A stretch of 64,000 bases of DNA, taken from positions 29,822,001 through 29,886,000 of the forward strand of contig CM022665.1 in the NCBI GenBank assembly GCA_012295275.1. Direction: 5' to 3'. Numbering within the stretch: the stretch's first letter is position 1; each line of letters begins with the position of its first letter. Shown piece after piece: positions 26,772 through 39,651 of the stretch. A program made the position numbers and the translations under genes. Source of the DNA: Chrysomallon squamiferum. Lineage: Eukaryota; Animalia; Mollusca. Below the pieces are notes generated by a model. The model did no database searches and had not been told where the DNA came from. It saw only the letters and a list, made by a program, of their open reading frames with translations.

Positions 26772-28915
26772 TTAAGCACCCAAACATACACACACACACA
26801 CAAAATGTATTTTGTTTTGGTTTTTTCCATATCAGCATTTATTGCATTACATTAATGCATTACATACGTGATATTCTTCTTGAGCCTTGTAGTTATTATT
26901 ATCAGTTGTTCCAACTACATCACCTGGCTTGTGAATTAGCAGTCATATCTTAATTCTGTAGTTGACAGAAGAAAACAAAATTGCTGTTAAGAAGGCTTGT
27001 ATAACAAAAATTTCAGGAATACTGTATGAAATGTTGTTTTAACTCTCTGCTTTTTTGTTTTTGGTATTGTGTGAAGAGTAACAGCAGCTAAATAAATTAC
27101 TGTTTACATCTGCTTTTTTCACTTTTGTACTTTATGATTCTCTGGCCATTTGTGTCTTTTTGTTTTCATTTTCAAACCAAATTACAAAAGGAAAGATAGC
27201 ACTGTTTGCTAAATATGTGTTAATTATTCTTTTTCTGTTTAAATATTGCACCAATTGTGCAGGTGTCACCGTTTGAGCTAGAAAAATAAGATTGGTACAG
27301 TTATATGCAACAACACTAATCAGATCACTCAGTCTCTAATGTACAAATGGAATCCAACTTTATTTTATTACTGTGTAAACTGTGAGTCACTGGATCACAA
27401 ATGTACCATATTTACTTGTGCATAAGTAACACCTTTCTGCATCAAAATAAAAACTGGAATGTGATAAACATGAGACTAAAAATCATATCATCCAGTTAAC
27501 AGAAAAAGCTTAAAACTGGACATGCATTTCACAAATTTTCCGTAATTATATTCATAATTTACTTTCGTTAATAAATATGTTGCAATATTACAGCTTGTCC
27601 TATTAATCACTGTTCAGTGCAAAATCAATATTCCGTAACAATGCACATCCCAAATATATTTCAGTAATTTTATTTTGTACTAATTTTCAAGGTTATACTC
27701 AAGGTGAGACTTATACACAAGTAAATATGGTAATACCAGTCTTCCTTGGGTATGATGATGGTTAACATATTAATGGTTTTATGTTGTACATAGAATAAAT
27801 GGAATATAAATATCTATTGATTGTTTTAAAAATACAATCTCATTTAATGTTTTATTTTAAAAACAGCCTTTGTAAATATATTATAATTACTGTTTTGTTG
27901 CATTCATTTTGAAAAGAAATCCTTTGCCAACATTATAACACATAACAATCAGGTGTTACTGACAAATGCTATTCCATAATCAAGTAGAAAAGTAAAACAG
28001 CATATACAAAAACAACTGAATATTCATTAGATAAATGTTTGAATGGATAATTTTAAATTCTGAAACAAAAACAATGTCAGAAAGGTCAAGAATTGAAATA
28101 AATACACAAAATCACAATAAAAGAAAACATTTCTAGCCGATTATGCAATAATTAATTGTCAAATTAAACAGTCAAAGTTAGGAAGATTTTGAACATTATG
28201 TGTAAATCAGATTTTAAATAAAAGATAATGTCCTTACTCATTAAACTCTAAAGAAATAAGTGTGTGTGTACTGCAGTGTCTAAATTTCTACTTCTACTTC
28301 TTCTTACTAAATGGAGCTATCAGATTTGTTCTTTATTGTCTTCTCTTTTTTCACTTTCTTTTATAATGAAATAAAAACAACAATAGCAGTAACAACAAAA
28401 ACTACCTTAGTATTAAACACTAGAAATATGTTGCTTCACAATGACACACAACTTTGATAGTGTACTAATATAAAAAATTCAAAATTGTAGATACAGTTTA
28501 ATCAGTGTGAACCTAATACCTAAAAATATTTTTATGCAAACTAATTGTGTGCCGTTTAAAACAATCCTGTATCAATTTTGTCATGGTTTATGGTTAAATC
28601 ATAATGGCATTTTGTTTTTTTTTAATTACTGGTATATACTTTGTAGATGTGGGTGATAATGTGATTATTTTATTTTTGTATCTTGAAATGGGGAGATATA
28701 ACTTGTTCGCTACGTATATCATTTTTAATTTCATTTGTACAAAAAGCATGTAAAATGTGGCTATGTTATGTGAACAAGCTGAAAAGATGTTTTATATTAG
28801 TGATCAGTTTTAAAACAATTTTTATTCATTAAGTGATTCAGTGTTCTTGTTTATTAAAATGTTTAGATTTAAAATCAAACACAAAATAATTGCATTCTGA
28901 TTAAAGAAAGAAAAA

Positions 28916-28961
28916 TGTGTGTGTATATGTGTATATATGTATATATATACATATATATATA

Positions 28962-29002
<41 letters not shown>
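28916..29002. repeat. (TA)n/(TG)n microsatellite
   Basis: Visible dinucleotide run. Confidence 0.95.
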
Positions 29003-29005
<3 letters not shown>

Positions 29006-31344
29006 ATGTTGAAACAAAAGCCATAGTATCTTTTTTAAGTTGAATTCAAAAACAGTATTTAATTACTGTTATTTTGTTCACCTTTCAGAATAGGTACATA
29101 TCATGTATTTAAGTCATATGTGAAACAAAATCACATGCTAAAATGGCACTTATTGAAAAATGCTATGCACTTTTGTTCCAACCCAGTAGACAGATTTGTT
29201 TACCAGTTGTTTATTCTGAATCAAATAACATCAGCTGTGTAAAGATCTGATTGTAATTTAAAGTTTTGGATGTTGAGTATACATGTTTGTATTAACTATT
29301 GATTGCAATAGTGATTGTGGGGGTGTCTAGTCACAGATGTTGATATTTATTCTGTTTTGTGATATGGGTAAATAAAACATTTTTAAAAAAGTATCAGATT
29401 TTTTTTAATTTTTTTTTTTATTTGTTTGTTTGTTTTTCCACACAGTTATAAAGAGTTTAATTTTTAAATTGTTTATATTCATTTTACATGTGATAATAAT
29501 AATAAAATAACAGTAATTGTATACATTTGGGTAGAAAAACCAGAACTCTTAAACACAGAAAATAAATGGGTAATCTTGAGTGTCTGTTTTAACATTAAAT
29601 TCAGATATCAGTAAAACTGTGTTTACATAGATACATTTCTTTTCTATATTTAACTGTAGATCATCTTATTAAAGTAATAATTTTTGTATGTATATAATCT
29701 TAAGATTGTTTAGCCTCTGTATATAAAATGGAGAAAATGTAAAGCGACGATAAAAGCTAAAATAAAAATAAAATAATTAATAATTATAACAAGTAAACAA
29801 ACTGCCTTTAAATGCCATCATAAGTAAATAAATTTCTGTTTAGCCATCCGTAATATCCTATTTAGGGAAAATATGTTACGACGAACTCTTAATGGTAGTT
29901 TTTAAATTTTAAATTTAGTGGCCAAGATGTGGCGAGTTTTGTGTCACAACTGTTTTGTAATTTGTCAGCAAAGGCTGGCTTCTCTCTCTCTTTTGATTCC
30001 GCTGTTTTCATTCATGTCCATAAGAAAGTACTGTTATGTGAGAAGCAAGGTCTGAGGAAAAGAAATTGTTCTCTTTGATGCACACGGACATCACAAGAGG
30101 GGATCTTGAAATTCTGGCCTTCGATATGCAGTGTGATATGGTAAGATACTTTTCTTCCTTGTTTTGGTGCCGTCTTTATGCAATGTAATTTGAGTCACTA
30201 ATGGAAGGTTTTTTGAATATATATAACATAACTTAAAACTTACATTAAAGTAATTACTTGATTCTCCCGTGACCGATTCCGTCATTAATTGGGATTCAAT
30301 TGATTGACACCCTATTTTTACATTACCATATATAATTAAGTTGTTTTTACTTTCCTGTGTATGATTACAAAATATGTGTTTGTAAATTATTAAATAACTC
30401 GAGCTGTTGATATGTTACTTATCTGGTAAATATATTATCACGATAATAAATTACTGTCTCAGTTTGAATTTATAATCCCAGAAATTGAGCTTCTAAACTA
30501 TATCCCCTAGACGTGATAACACTAAATTTTAAATACTATTATGGTTTATCATTTAATGTAACTTTAAATGTATTTTAGCATAGAAGTTAAATATGGCTTT
30601 AGAAAATAGATTCTTTTAATTACCTCTATTTTTTTTTTTTTTTTTTTTTTTTTCTTTTTCTTTTTTTCTTGCCTTTGGAGGATTAAAAAATAATAATAAT
30701 TCTATTATTTTTTATATATATATTTTTATTATTTTTATTTTCTTTTTTAATCAGAAATTAATATATATTCTTCACGTAGGCTACCCATCAATATTTGTGC
30801 CCAGGAAACATGTTTAAAATTAATGCTTTATAAGAGGAATGTTTAGCTTTTTACATCAATTTATGAATTAACAATAATGTATAATAATAAAAATGTATTA
30901 AAACAGCAGTTGTCATTAATTTGTCAGTTTTGAACTGTAAAAGAAAAATATTTTGATATAAAAATTCATTGGCAAAATTTTCCGGATCAAAATCGATCAA
31001 GCAAGGAATATAGTTATAATAACTATGCTAGCCTTCAAACAGGTGGTCTGGTCAAATATAAAAGCTCTTTGGCCTTTGCTTGTAAATTAATAGTAATGAT
31101 AAATATAATACCAGCGTCCAGCTATAACATAAATAACATGCATTCAATCGATATGTGCAAATGATTTCATTCACTTTGTTCAGTGTGATGTACGCTAATT
31201 ATAATTTCAAAGTGTAACTAGATTTCATATATTTCAGTTTATTTGTCTGGTTGCATAGCCTACGCTTTTGCTATGATTTAGATTCCTTGCAATAAAATGA
31301 AAAATGATTTAATAAATGAATACTTATTATGGATTCTGTTAGAA

Positions 31345-32328
31345 TTACATACCATTTTTACAAGCACTGTTTGTAAACCATATTTTCTGTAAACGAATGC
31401 TTGTTCTAACAAAGAAGGACCTTACCTCACTTCTAAAAAGTTTCCCACCTAGACAGAAAAACACAAAAGTTGCTGAATTATTGATATACATTAAAATGTT
31501 AAACAGCACCCACAGAAGACGAGTTGTTTCATTGTTGTATGGATCGCCATTAATTGTTCTACTACCTGATAAAATTAGATATATTGATATTGGTGTCGTA
31601 CAAATCAGAAAAACAAAATTTAATGTCAGCAAAATGGTTGTCATTGAAGATACTTGAGTTTTTCTGTGATGCGTATGATCCGTCGTAAGTTTCTTCAAAT
31701 TGCGAAAATTAGAAATTAATTTATATATTATCATCCCATTACCGGACAACTGTGTCATTAATGGAATAAGTGAAAACAAACAAAAATCTATCCAAGGAAA
31801 ATATACATAAATGAATGTGGCGTAGTTTCCGGGACTGTTAATGCAGATGAAAGTTGTTACGTTTTCATTAGTGGTCTGTTCCAGTTTCAGTCCAAAAAGA
31901 AAATGGCTGTAGATCAAAGCTAAGCTTATTGCCACTATACTAATGAATGTGTATGTCTTTCTTTTAGGAAATATATTTCTTACATTACACGGCCAGTATA
32001 CCGACACCACACGCTCAATGGTCATTCCTACAAGCATCCAAGCAGACATTGATAATGACCAGTAGACAATCCATGGATGAAGTTTACAGATAACAGTGTG
32101 AAAATCACGAACATCCTGATAAAAAATATTTATAGCCCAGTGTCGACCTAAACCCCCACATAATGCAATTGTGTTCACGACGGAGAGAATGATTAAATAA
32201 CGTGTCATTGGTAAGTTTTTCATCGACATCCGAGTAAGTATCAACAGCGACATAGCGTTTCCAGTTAATCCACAAAATATCAAAATTGCTGGGAAAATCT
32301 GCCAGATTAGATGAATATACTCTTCCAT
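31345..32328 (-). CDS. Intronless rhodopsin-class (class A) GPCR, peptide-receptor-like orphan, 327 aa
   Basis: Seven hydrophobic segments; TM1 GLTGN, Cys at the top of TM3 (ICKLHPW), MTIERV at the end of TM3, TM6 FLICTTP, and TM7/helix 8 NNSATFVFFCLGGKLFR. It resembles the expanded lophotrochozoan FMRFamide-receptor/GPR139-like class. Confidence 0.88.
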   Translation of the reverse strand: MEEYIHLIWQIFPAILIFCGLTGNAMSLLILTRMSMKNLPMTRYLIILSVVNTIALCGGLGRHWAINIFYQDVRDFHTVICKLHPWIVYWSLSMSAWMLVGMTIERVVSVYWPCNVRNIFPKRKTYTFISIVAISLALIYSHFLFGLKLEQTTNENVTTFICINSPGNYATFIYVYFPWIDFCLFSLIPLMTQLSGNGMIIYKLISNFRNLKKLTTDHTHHRKTQVSSMTTILLTLNFVFLICTTPISIYLILSGSRTINGDPYNNETTRLLWVLFNILMYINNSATFVFFCLGGKLFRSEVRSFFVRTSIRLQKIWFTNSACKNGM

Positions 32329-34563
32329 ATTGCATATATTTGCTTGATCGAGTGGTTATAAGATTCCATATTATATTTCTGAATAATCTTTGAATCACAG
32401 ATAATATATCACAGTGTAGTTTCTCGTTAAATACATTCAGAAATGCAGCCTTCCACTGAAACACTTGTTATTAATCACTATTTAATTATTTATTTCTGAC
32501 TGTTCGAATTTTTCGTTTGTAATGTCTAATTTGTTCGAATTAATCACTTGTATTGGCATTCAACAGTTTAACAAAATTATATATTCCATCTCTCCTTCAT
32601 TTAAAGTTTTCAGCTATGATAAATATTCTTCAATACGTATCGTCAGTGTTTAGAGTAAGGAAAAAACAAGTAATCGGTGTGTGAAAAGAGACTAATTTCT
32701 GTTTTTCGTCAATAGATTCCAAGTTTATTTCGCCTGTTTATAATTCTTTGATACAAATAGAAGTGGTCATCTACATGTAGATTTATAACCGTCATTTTGA
32801 ACTGATACTTCACACCTTATAGCCTATACTTTTTCTACAATATAACATACAAACACTCGCCCCAAACAAAACAAACTAAAACCAACCCAAATTTAAAAAG
32901 AGAACAAAATGTAAAATAATAACAACAATCATTTAAAGAAAAAAAGAACATTAAATTTGTTTTAAAAGTCCCACAAATTTCGTTACTCTTTAGCTTAATA
33001 AAATACATATATACACCATGAAAATACTTACAAGAAGTATCATTTGCATTTTTAAGGAGGATATAAATGATGGCAGAAGTTTTATGAAGTGTGTCATTAA
33101 CACGTACGAATTTATTGCATGTAAGTAAGTATACTATTCGTACAACTATGTTGTTATCACGTGCTTGTAAAGTATTGAAATTTTAAGAGAGATCAAGTTT
33201 GATTACACTACTATGTCTTTTCGTTCTGTAGTGCATTTAGCTATGATTTACAATCGTGAAATGAACTTCAGTCGTTGCGAGTATTGAAATTTTGTAATAT
33301 TAGGTAGGTGAGACACCAACCCACCATGAATAAGAGTTTTGATCTCCCCATTCACTGAGCCCAGAGACAGCTCAAAGATCCATATTATCTAGTCACTATC
33401 TAGCTATTAAATATCAGAATTATTTCAAGATACAAATTATCAAGAAAACGCAAAACAAGACTTAAATGCAGAAAGCCCACCCTTATTCGGAGACAGAATT
33501 ACTAATCGTTTTCCATTACTACTCTTTCGTTTTCAGTCTCATGCGAACAAACTTCCTACTCTTCTCTGAAACAGACTCTCTCTCCCCACCCCCGTCCATC
33601 CATCTATCTGGCTTATCTGTTTATCTGTTTAATATACATTGTTGCGGGTGGTACAACGATACATACATCATTCAACTTTTTATTTATTTATATTTTGTTT
33701 TGCAAAAGCAGTGAAAATGGGGTTGTTGTTATTTTTTTTTTTAAATATTTATAGGCTGTATTAAAAGCAGATGTGCTCCTTGCACAGAAAAAACCTACAT
33801 TTATTCTATAAACGACGACAGTACATAAACAGACGTACGAATTTTGTTAAAACCGGGGGTTTTTTCTCGTTTTTTTTTCAATTTTTTTATTTATTTATTT
33901 TTTTTTTTTTTTTTCAATTTATGTCCCTCCCCCACACCCAGTTTCTGTGGCGGGAAAGACATTTTTGAAATGAAAGTCAGAGAAGTTTGAAGTGAACAAC
34001 GATATTTAAGGGGTAATAGTTTCACCCAGCATTCAAACATTTTCTTTCTAAATAAATAAATAACGATAATCTAAAAAATATGAATTTTTAATAAAATGTT
34101 TCGTTCCCAAAATAACATTTATTTTTTAGTTGTTTCTTTTGTTTTGTTTCTGGATGAAGATTTTCAAGACCATACACTATGCACATTATATATTAATATA
34201 TATATGGTTTCTAATGTTTTCGTAATCTCTCATAGATCTTTCCAGGCTAGATGACACTATTTCATATCAGCAATGTAGGATTGTCATTACAAAAACAGCA
34301 AACAACCTGTTATTCTAAAGGTTGAAGCTCCAGTCCACAGTTTCTATTGTAAATTAATTTTTTATCCCTTAGTTTTATTCCCCAAGCTGCATCCGCGTGG
34401 GCTATGTAAGACCGAGGATCGTTAGAATTTAAAAAGCCAACGCATTCAGCTACCGCCATCATTGATGCAATTCGAGAAATCATCTTAGAAGTCATCGAAA
34501 CCTGAAAGAAGAAAATGGAATTGATATAGTGGCTAGAAAATATAGATCCTGAACGTTAGGAAA

Positions 34564-34719
34564 AACTGGTTATTGTCTTAAGATAGACTCACTCTAATCT
34601 TCGCTGAATAAACCCAATATCTTAAGAAATAACCAGTTATTTGTTTTTAAATTCTAAATTCTGCAGTTCTAAATAATATAAAAACTAAATGAAATTAACG
34701 GTTTCATTTCTCAGCTCAC
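34564..34719 (-). repeat. Dispersed repeat copy C (inverted relative to B) with its own hairpin
   Basis: The reverse complement GTGAGCTGAGAAATGAAACCGTTAATTTCATTTAGTTTTT...ATAACTGGTTATTTCTTAAG aligns with 26582-26668. Inverted arms lie at 34564-34585 and 34618-34638. Confidence 0.75.
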
Positions 34720-34988
34720 CGCTGTTGGAAATATATCCAGTCATCATATTTTGTTACTACTTGTAGCAATAAATCTAGTAAAAAAATAAACGAAACAAAT
34801 GCGTGGTAAAAACCTTCTGCCGCCACTCGGTAAACAACTTTTCTTCGTTTTCCTTTTTATTTCATATTTTGATCAATGAAAGATATCGTAACTTGCCAGA
34901 CTGAAGATTTAAGTGTGTTATCTGTATAGACTACAGACACGTGCGGGGAGGAGCAAACGTTAAGATAGATCAAAGCATCAAATCTATT

Positions 34989-35917
34989 TCACCTGGTCTG
35001 TTATTTCAAACTAATTTTAATATTAGTTAAAATTGTTACCTGCATTTGTTTTCTATCCATTGTAAACTGCATTTGTCTACTATCCATTAATAAATGCATT
35101 TGTTTTTTTCATTCATTTTTCTTAGATCAATAACCCGACAAACAGCTACAATATTACAACATGGAGTCTACCAGACATGGGTGCTTGGACTTTGAGGGGA
35201 GGGGGTGCTTCGTTGTTGCACATTTATTCTGGTTTTTCGTTTTTGTTATTATTATTGTTATTTTGTTTGTAATTTATAATGTTAAAATAATAATAATCAT
35301 AATTATAACAAAAATAAATAAATAAATTACTTAATGAATGAATGAATGAATTAATAATCAGTCACAATATCCTGGGGTCGATAGAGTGAAAAATTGTAAC
35401 ACTATCACTGGCTGACGCAGTGGCAAGTACAAATAAAGAGAAAAAAGTTTTACACTGTACTACACATTTCCTAATATATACAGACATTCGTCAGACCCGT
35501 TAACTATATATGCAACTGTATACTTACTGCGCTTATATTTTTATACTGTTTTTCATTATTATCTTCGGTATATTGCAGAAAATTGTTATTCTCTTTAAGA
35601 CATGTCTAAAATAATAATAATAATATATTGCAAAATATCAAGGTAAGAAATTTCAAAATATTTTTTTAAATACGTTTTCATTCAGCAGATAGATGAATTA
35701 ATGTTTCAGTGTTTCCATAAATAGCAGTTCTATTATAAAATACATCAATCGTATGTTTGACTGAAAATATCCATAAACACAAAATAATAAATTATAATCG
35801 AAAACTAAACTACATTAACAAAACAATAAAAGGTCGAACAGGTGTGACAACAGTGTAATAAATAAATAAATAAATAAATAAAAACAACTGATAAACGCAT
35901 TTTCAAAATCTCGAAAA

Positions 35918-35960
<43 letters not shown>

Positions 35961-37105
35961 AGGGATAAGTAAAATTTATCGAATATACGCAGTGACAAGA
36001 TATGATGTATAGATAAATTTCTAAATTTCTCTGTTTTTGGCATTGACTAAGAATATTATTTTTTAAGAGTTGGAACTATATTTTACTTGTTTTATAGATA
36101 TTTAATCTTTCCTTGTTGGTTTAGATGGTTTAAAATATAACATTTTGAAAACGATTTTCAGTTTAATAATAACTAATAAAGTGTTGTTATTCAAAAACTG
36201 TTTAAAGAATCTCCGTCACCTGGTCGGTGATTTCAAACTAATTTTAATATTAGTTAAAATTGTTACCTGCATTTGTTTTCTATCCATTGTAAACTGCATT
36301 TGTCTCCTATCCATTAATATCTGCATTTGTTTTTTATCCATTTTTTTTTTTTTTTTTCTTAGATCAATAACCCTAGAAATAGCTGTAGTATTACAACATG
36401 GAGTCTCACACGTATGGGTGCTTGGAAGTGGGGGGGGTGCTTCGTCGTTACAGATTTATTCTGGTTTCTTATTTTTGTTATTATTATTATTAGTAGTAGT
36501 AGTAGTAGTAGTAGTATGTTTGTAATTTTTAGTGCTCAATAATTATAATCATTATTAAATTAATTATCAATTACAAAATCCTGAGGTTGAAGTATTTGAA
36601 AAATTTTAACACGATCACTGGCCGACGAAGTGGCAAGTGCTATAGCACAAATAAAGAGAAAAAAGTTATACATTGTTCTGTAAATTTGCCTAATATATAC
36701 AGGCATTCGTCTGACCCTTGATTATTTATAAAACTGTATACTAACTGCGCTTATATTTTTATACTGTTTTTCATTATTGTTTTCGGAATATTGCAGAAAA
36801 TTGTTATTCTCTTTAAGACATATTTAAAATAACAATAATAATAATATATTGCAAGTAAAAAAATAATAATAGTTTAAAATATTGGGGGAAGAAAATAAAA
36901 TTAAAAATTTTAAATACATTTTCATTCAGCAGATAGGTAAATTAATGTGTTGGTGTTTCCATAAATGGTAGTTCTATTTTAAACTGCATGTATCATATGT
37001 TTGACTGAAAATGTTCACGTACACAACTGCATTAACAAAACAATAAAGGATCGAACAGATGTAACAACAGTGTAATAAATAAATAAATAAATAAAAACAA
37101 CTGAT
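34989..37105. repeat. Diverged tandem duplication of a ~0.9-kb unit (34989-35892 and 36216-37105)
   Basis: Both copies begin TCACCTGGTC..TATTTCAAACTAATTTTAATATTAGTTAAAATTGTTACCTGCATTTG, remain collinear throughout, and end AAATAAAAACAACTGAT-like. The start offset is 1227 bp. Confidence 0.92.
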
Positions 37106-39243
37106 TATTATTATTGTTGTTGTTGTTGTTGTTGTTGTCTTGAATTTTATATAAATATTTAATTGTTATTAGTAAAAGCAACCCATGCATGTCTACAACT
37201 TTCAGGGGTAGGAGTTGAATGGTGAAAAAATTTCCTGGATTTTATGCTAAGTATTGTTTTATTCATGTTCCAATTTTTAATGGATAAATGTTTGGGTGCT
37301 TCTATGAGAATACTACTATAAATCCAACAAAGTATTATTTTAGTAAACTGAATTTTTTCACATATTTACACAATAACTCATAAAATCTGGTTTCTGAGAA
37401 TGTTCAATATCTGATTATGTTCATTTACATGGGAACATTTATAGTTCAAAATCATTACATTCTGAAACAAAGTCTCAAGATGTCACATAAAGATAATTGA
37501 GATTATGTTGTGGATTTAAATTTCAACAATTGTTTAATCATCTAGAGCTCCAGATTGCTCTGAATTTGTCAACATAATACAAGAAAATCCATAACAGGAG
37601 AAAACTATTTTTTTAATTTAATTAACATGCAAATAGTTTTGTGAATATATCAGTATAATTAGAAAAAATAAAGTACATGTCTATATATAAACACCATAAA
37701 TATTAAACAAGTGTAAATACAAATTCATATAGAATATGATATATATATGGAAAATACAGAGCTTACAAGTTATGCATTCTACTACAAAAACAAAGTAACA
37801 AACAAAAAATGGTTGTGTGTTAACCTGGACTGCAATTTCATACGACTTTACTAAGCTTAACTGGTTGATAGATTTTCTTCTAACTTGTTAAGATAATGTA
37901 AGGAAACAAGCCTTTAAATTATTCCTTTATAGAAAAGCATATTAAAATCACAAGCATATTTCTAAAGATTATGTCCTGTGAATATGGTGTATCATACAAT
38001 AAACAACTGAGTTTCATTCAGTAAAGTTCTAAACTGCTGAATATAAAACTGGTTATCCATAATTTTTATTATTATTTTTTTTTTAATTAAAACAAGTTTC
38101 AATTAAACGTATCATTGTGATTGTGTTAGTAAGTGACTATCAGTTTTCTTCAAGAGTAATATAAATGTAAATCATCAAATACTGTTGAAGGTTTTGTTAA
38201 ACAAATGCATAATGTATTACAATTTCCAAAATATCCTTGTTAGCTATGATAGCGGACTAGCTTTTAATTCCAACAAAATTTATAATAAATGCATCTTTTT
38301 ATTTAATATGAAATAAATTAAAATATCAATATACATGCTCAGCACAGTTTTTTTTTTTTTGAAGTTCATGAATAAAGTAAAAATAATATATTCATAAAAT
38401 GTTTGTGTTAAAAGTAAAATAAGCTAAAAAAAAGTGTAATAAAAGTTTGAAAACAGGGAACCAATTTATGCTCACTCAGTAAAAATAAATTGTTATATTT
38501 GATATGCATGTAAAACTATAATCTGAAGATTTTAATCCATGTTCTATGGATAACATTTCTAAACATTTTTATTTATGATACATAAAGATGTGAAATAATA
38601 ATAAAAACAATGTCTCCATGTGAGGCTATAATCAACATCTTATAGATTTGACAGATATTTTTGTAAAAGGAAATGAAAATTTAAAATAATTCTGTAAAAT
38701 GTTGTAGAATAAGGATTAACATTCATATGTAAGTATTTACTATCAAATTATTCAGATCAAATTATCCTGCACACTTCAGGGTATTAAAACTGGTGTGTAC
38801 TGTCATTAATGAAGTAATAATTTTTAATACATAAAATTCAGAAAAATACTGAGTTTAATCAAATTATAAACATGTGTGTTTATGTGTTTGCATGGTTTTA
38901 ACTAATGGGTATTGACATTTTTTCCTTATTGTATTTACATAATATATTCTCTGAATTTTAACAATATATATTAAGTTCTGTTCATTATTATGTATAACTA
39001 AATTGGTCTGATAAACTGCAACTGGTCATAAGAGATTTAGCACACAAATAACGTTTACAATCAAATACTATAGTATCAAAAATAAAATTTCAGTTCTCAA
39101 ATAACTAGTAAATTGTTTAAAAAGGAAAATTTTAAAACCAGTTAGGAAATTTTAACTTTAAAATTATTTGATAAATTAGCATTCTTTACATACTTAATGT
39201 TGAAATGTATCTTTATAAATAAAATTATGCTAAGTAAATAATA

Positions 39244-39465
39244 CAGGGTGGCCCAGATGTAACCGAACCCGAAAGCGGGAACTCAAGGCTCTTAACGGAA
39301 ATGTGCAAAAAAGTAATTGAATCAACCATTGAACGATGTCATCACTGTATTACAAATAATGGTTTGCATTTTGAACATTTGCTGTAACTATATGAAATAA
39401 AATTTGTTTTGTTTAACTGTAACTTTTCATAACAATTCAGGTTTGGTTACATATGGGCCACCCTG
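39244..39465 (+). mobile_element. Non-autonomous Tc1/mariner-superfamily deletion derivative (MITE-like, 222 bp)
   Basis: ~30-bp TIRs (CAGGGTGGCCCAGATGTAACCGAACCCGAA ... TTCAGGTTTGGTTACATATGGGCCACCCTG) flanked by TA on both sides. The interior 39301-39387 encodes a transposase C-terminus, MCKKVIESTIERCHHCITNNGLHFEHLL*, followed by AATAAA. Confidence 0.9.
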
Positions 39466-39611
39466 TATATTTTGTAAAGTAACTGTTAACATGCTCACTG
39501 TGAACTGCTTTAAACAGGTACATTAAATTCCTTCAAGCTTCTTTCACAAAGTATACTATACAAGTTAAACATAAACATAAACAAATGTGTGCCTTAGTAT
39601 AAAGCAAAAAA

Positions 39612-39651
<40 letters not shown>

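Noticed and set aside
31397-32464. Overlapping ORFs 31397-31657 (+) and 32105-32464 (-)
   Set aside because: They are shadow frames of the GPCR CDS with no independent features.
35408-35427. Pol III A-box-like TGGCTGACGCAGTGG suggesting a tRNA-derived SINE
   Set aside because: The spacing does not fit the consensus, and there is no downstream B box (GTTCGA) in either duplicate.
36145-36525. 126-aa hydrophobic ORF
   Set aside because: It has a non-ATG start, is built from T-runs and microsatellites, and is not preserved as a comparable ORF in the duplicate copy.
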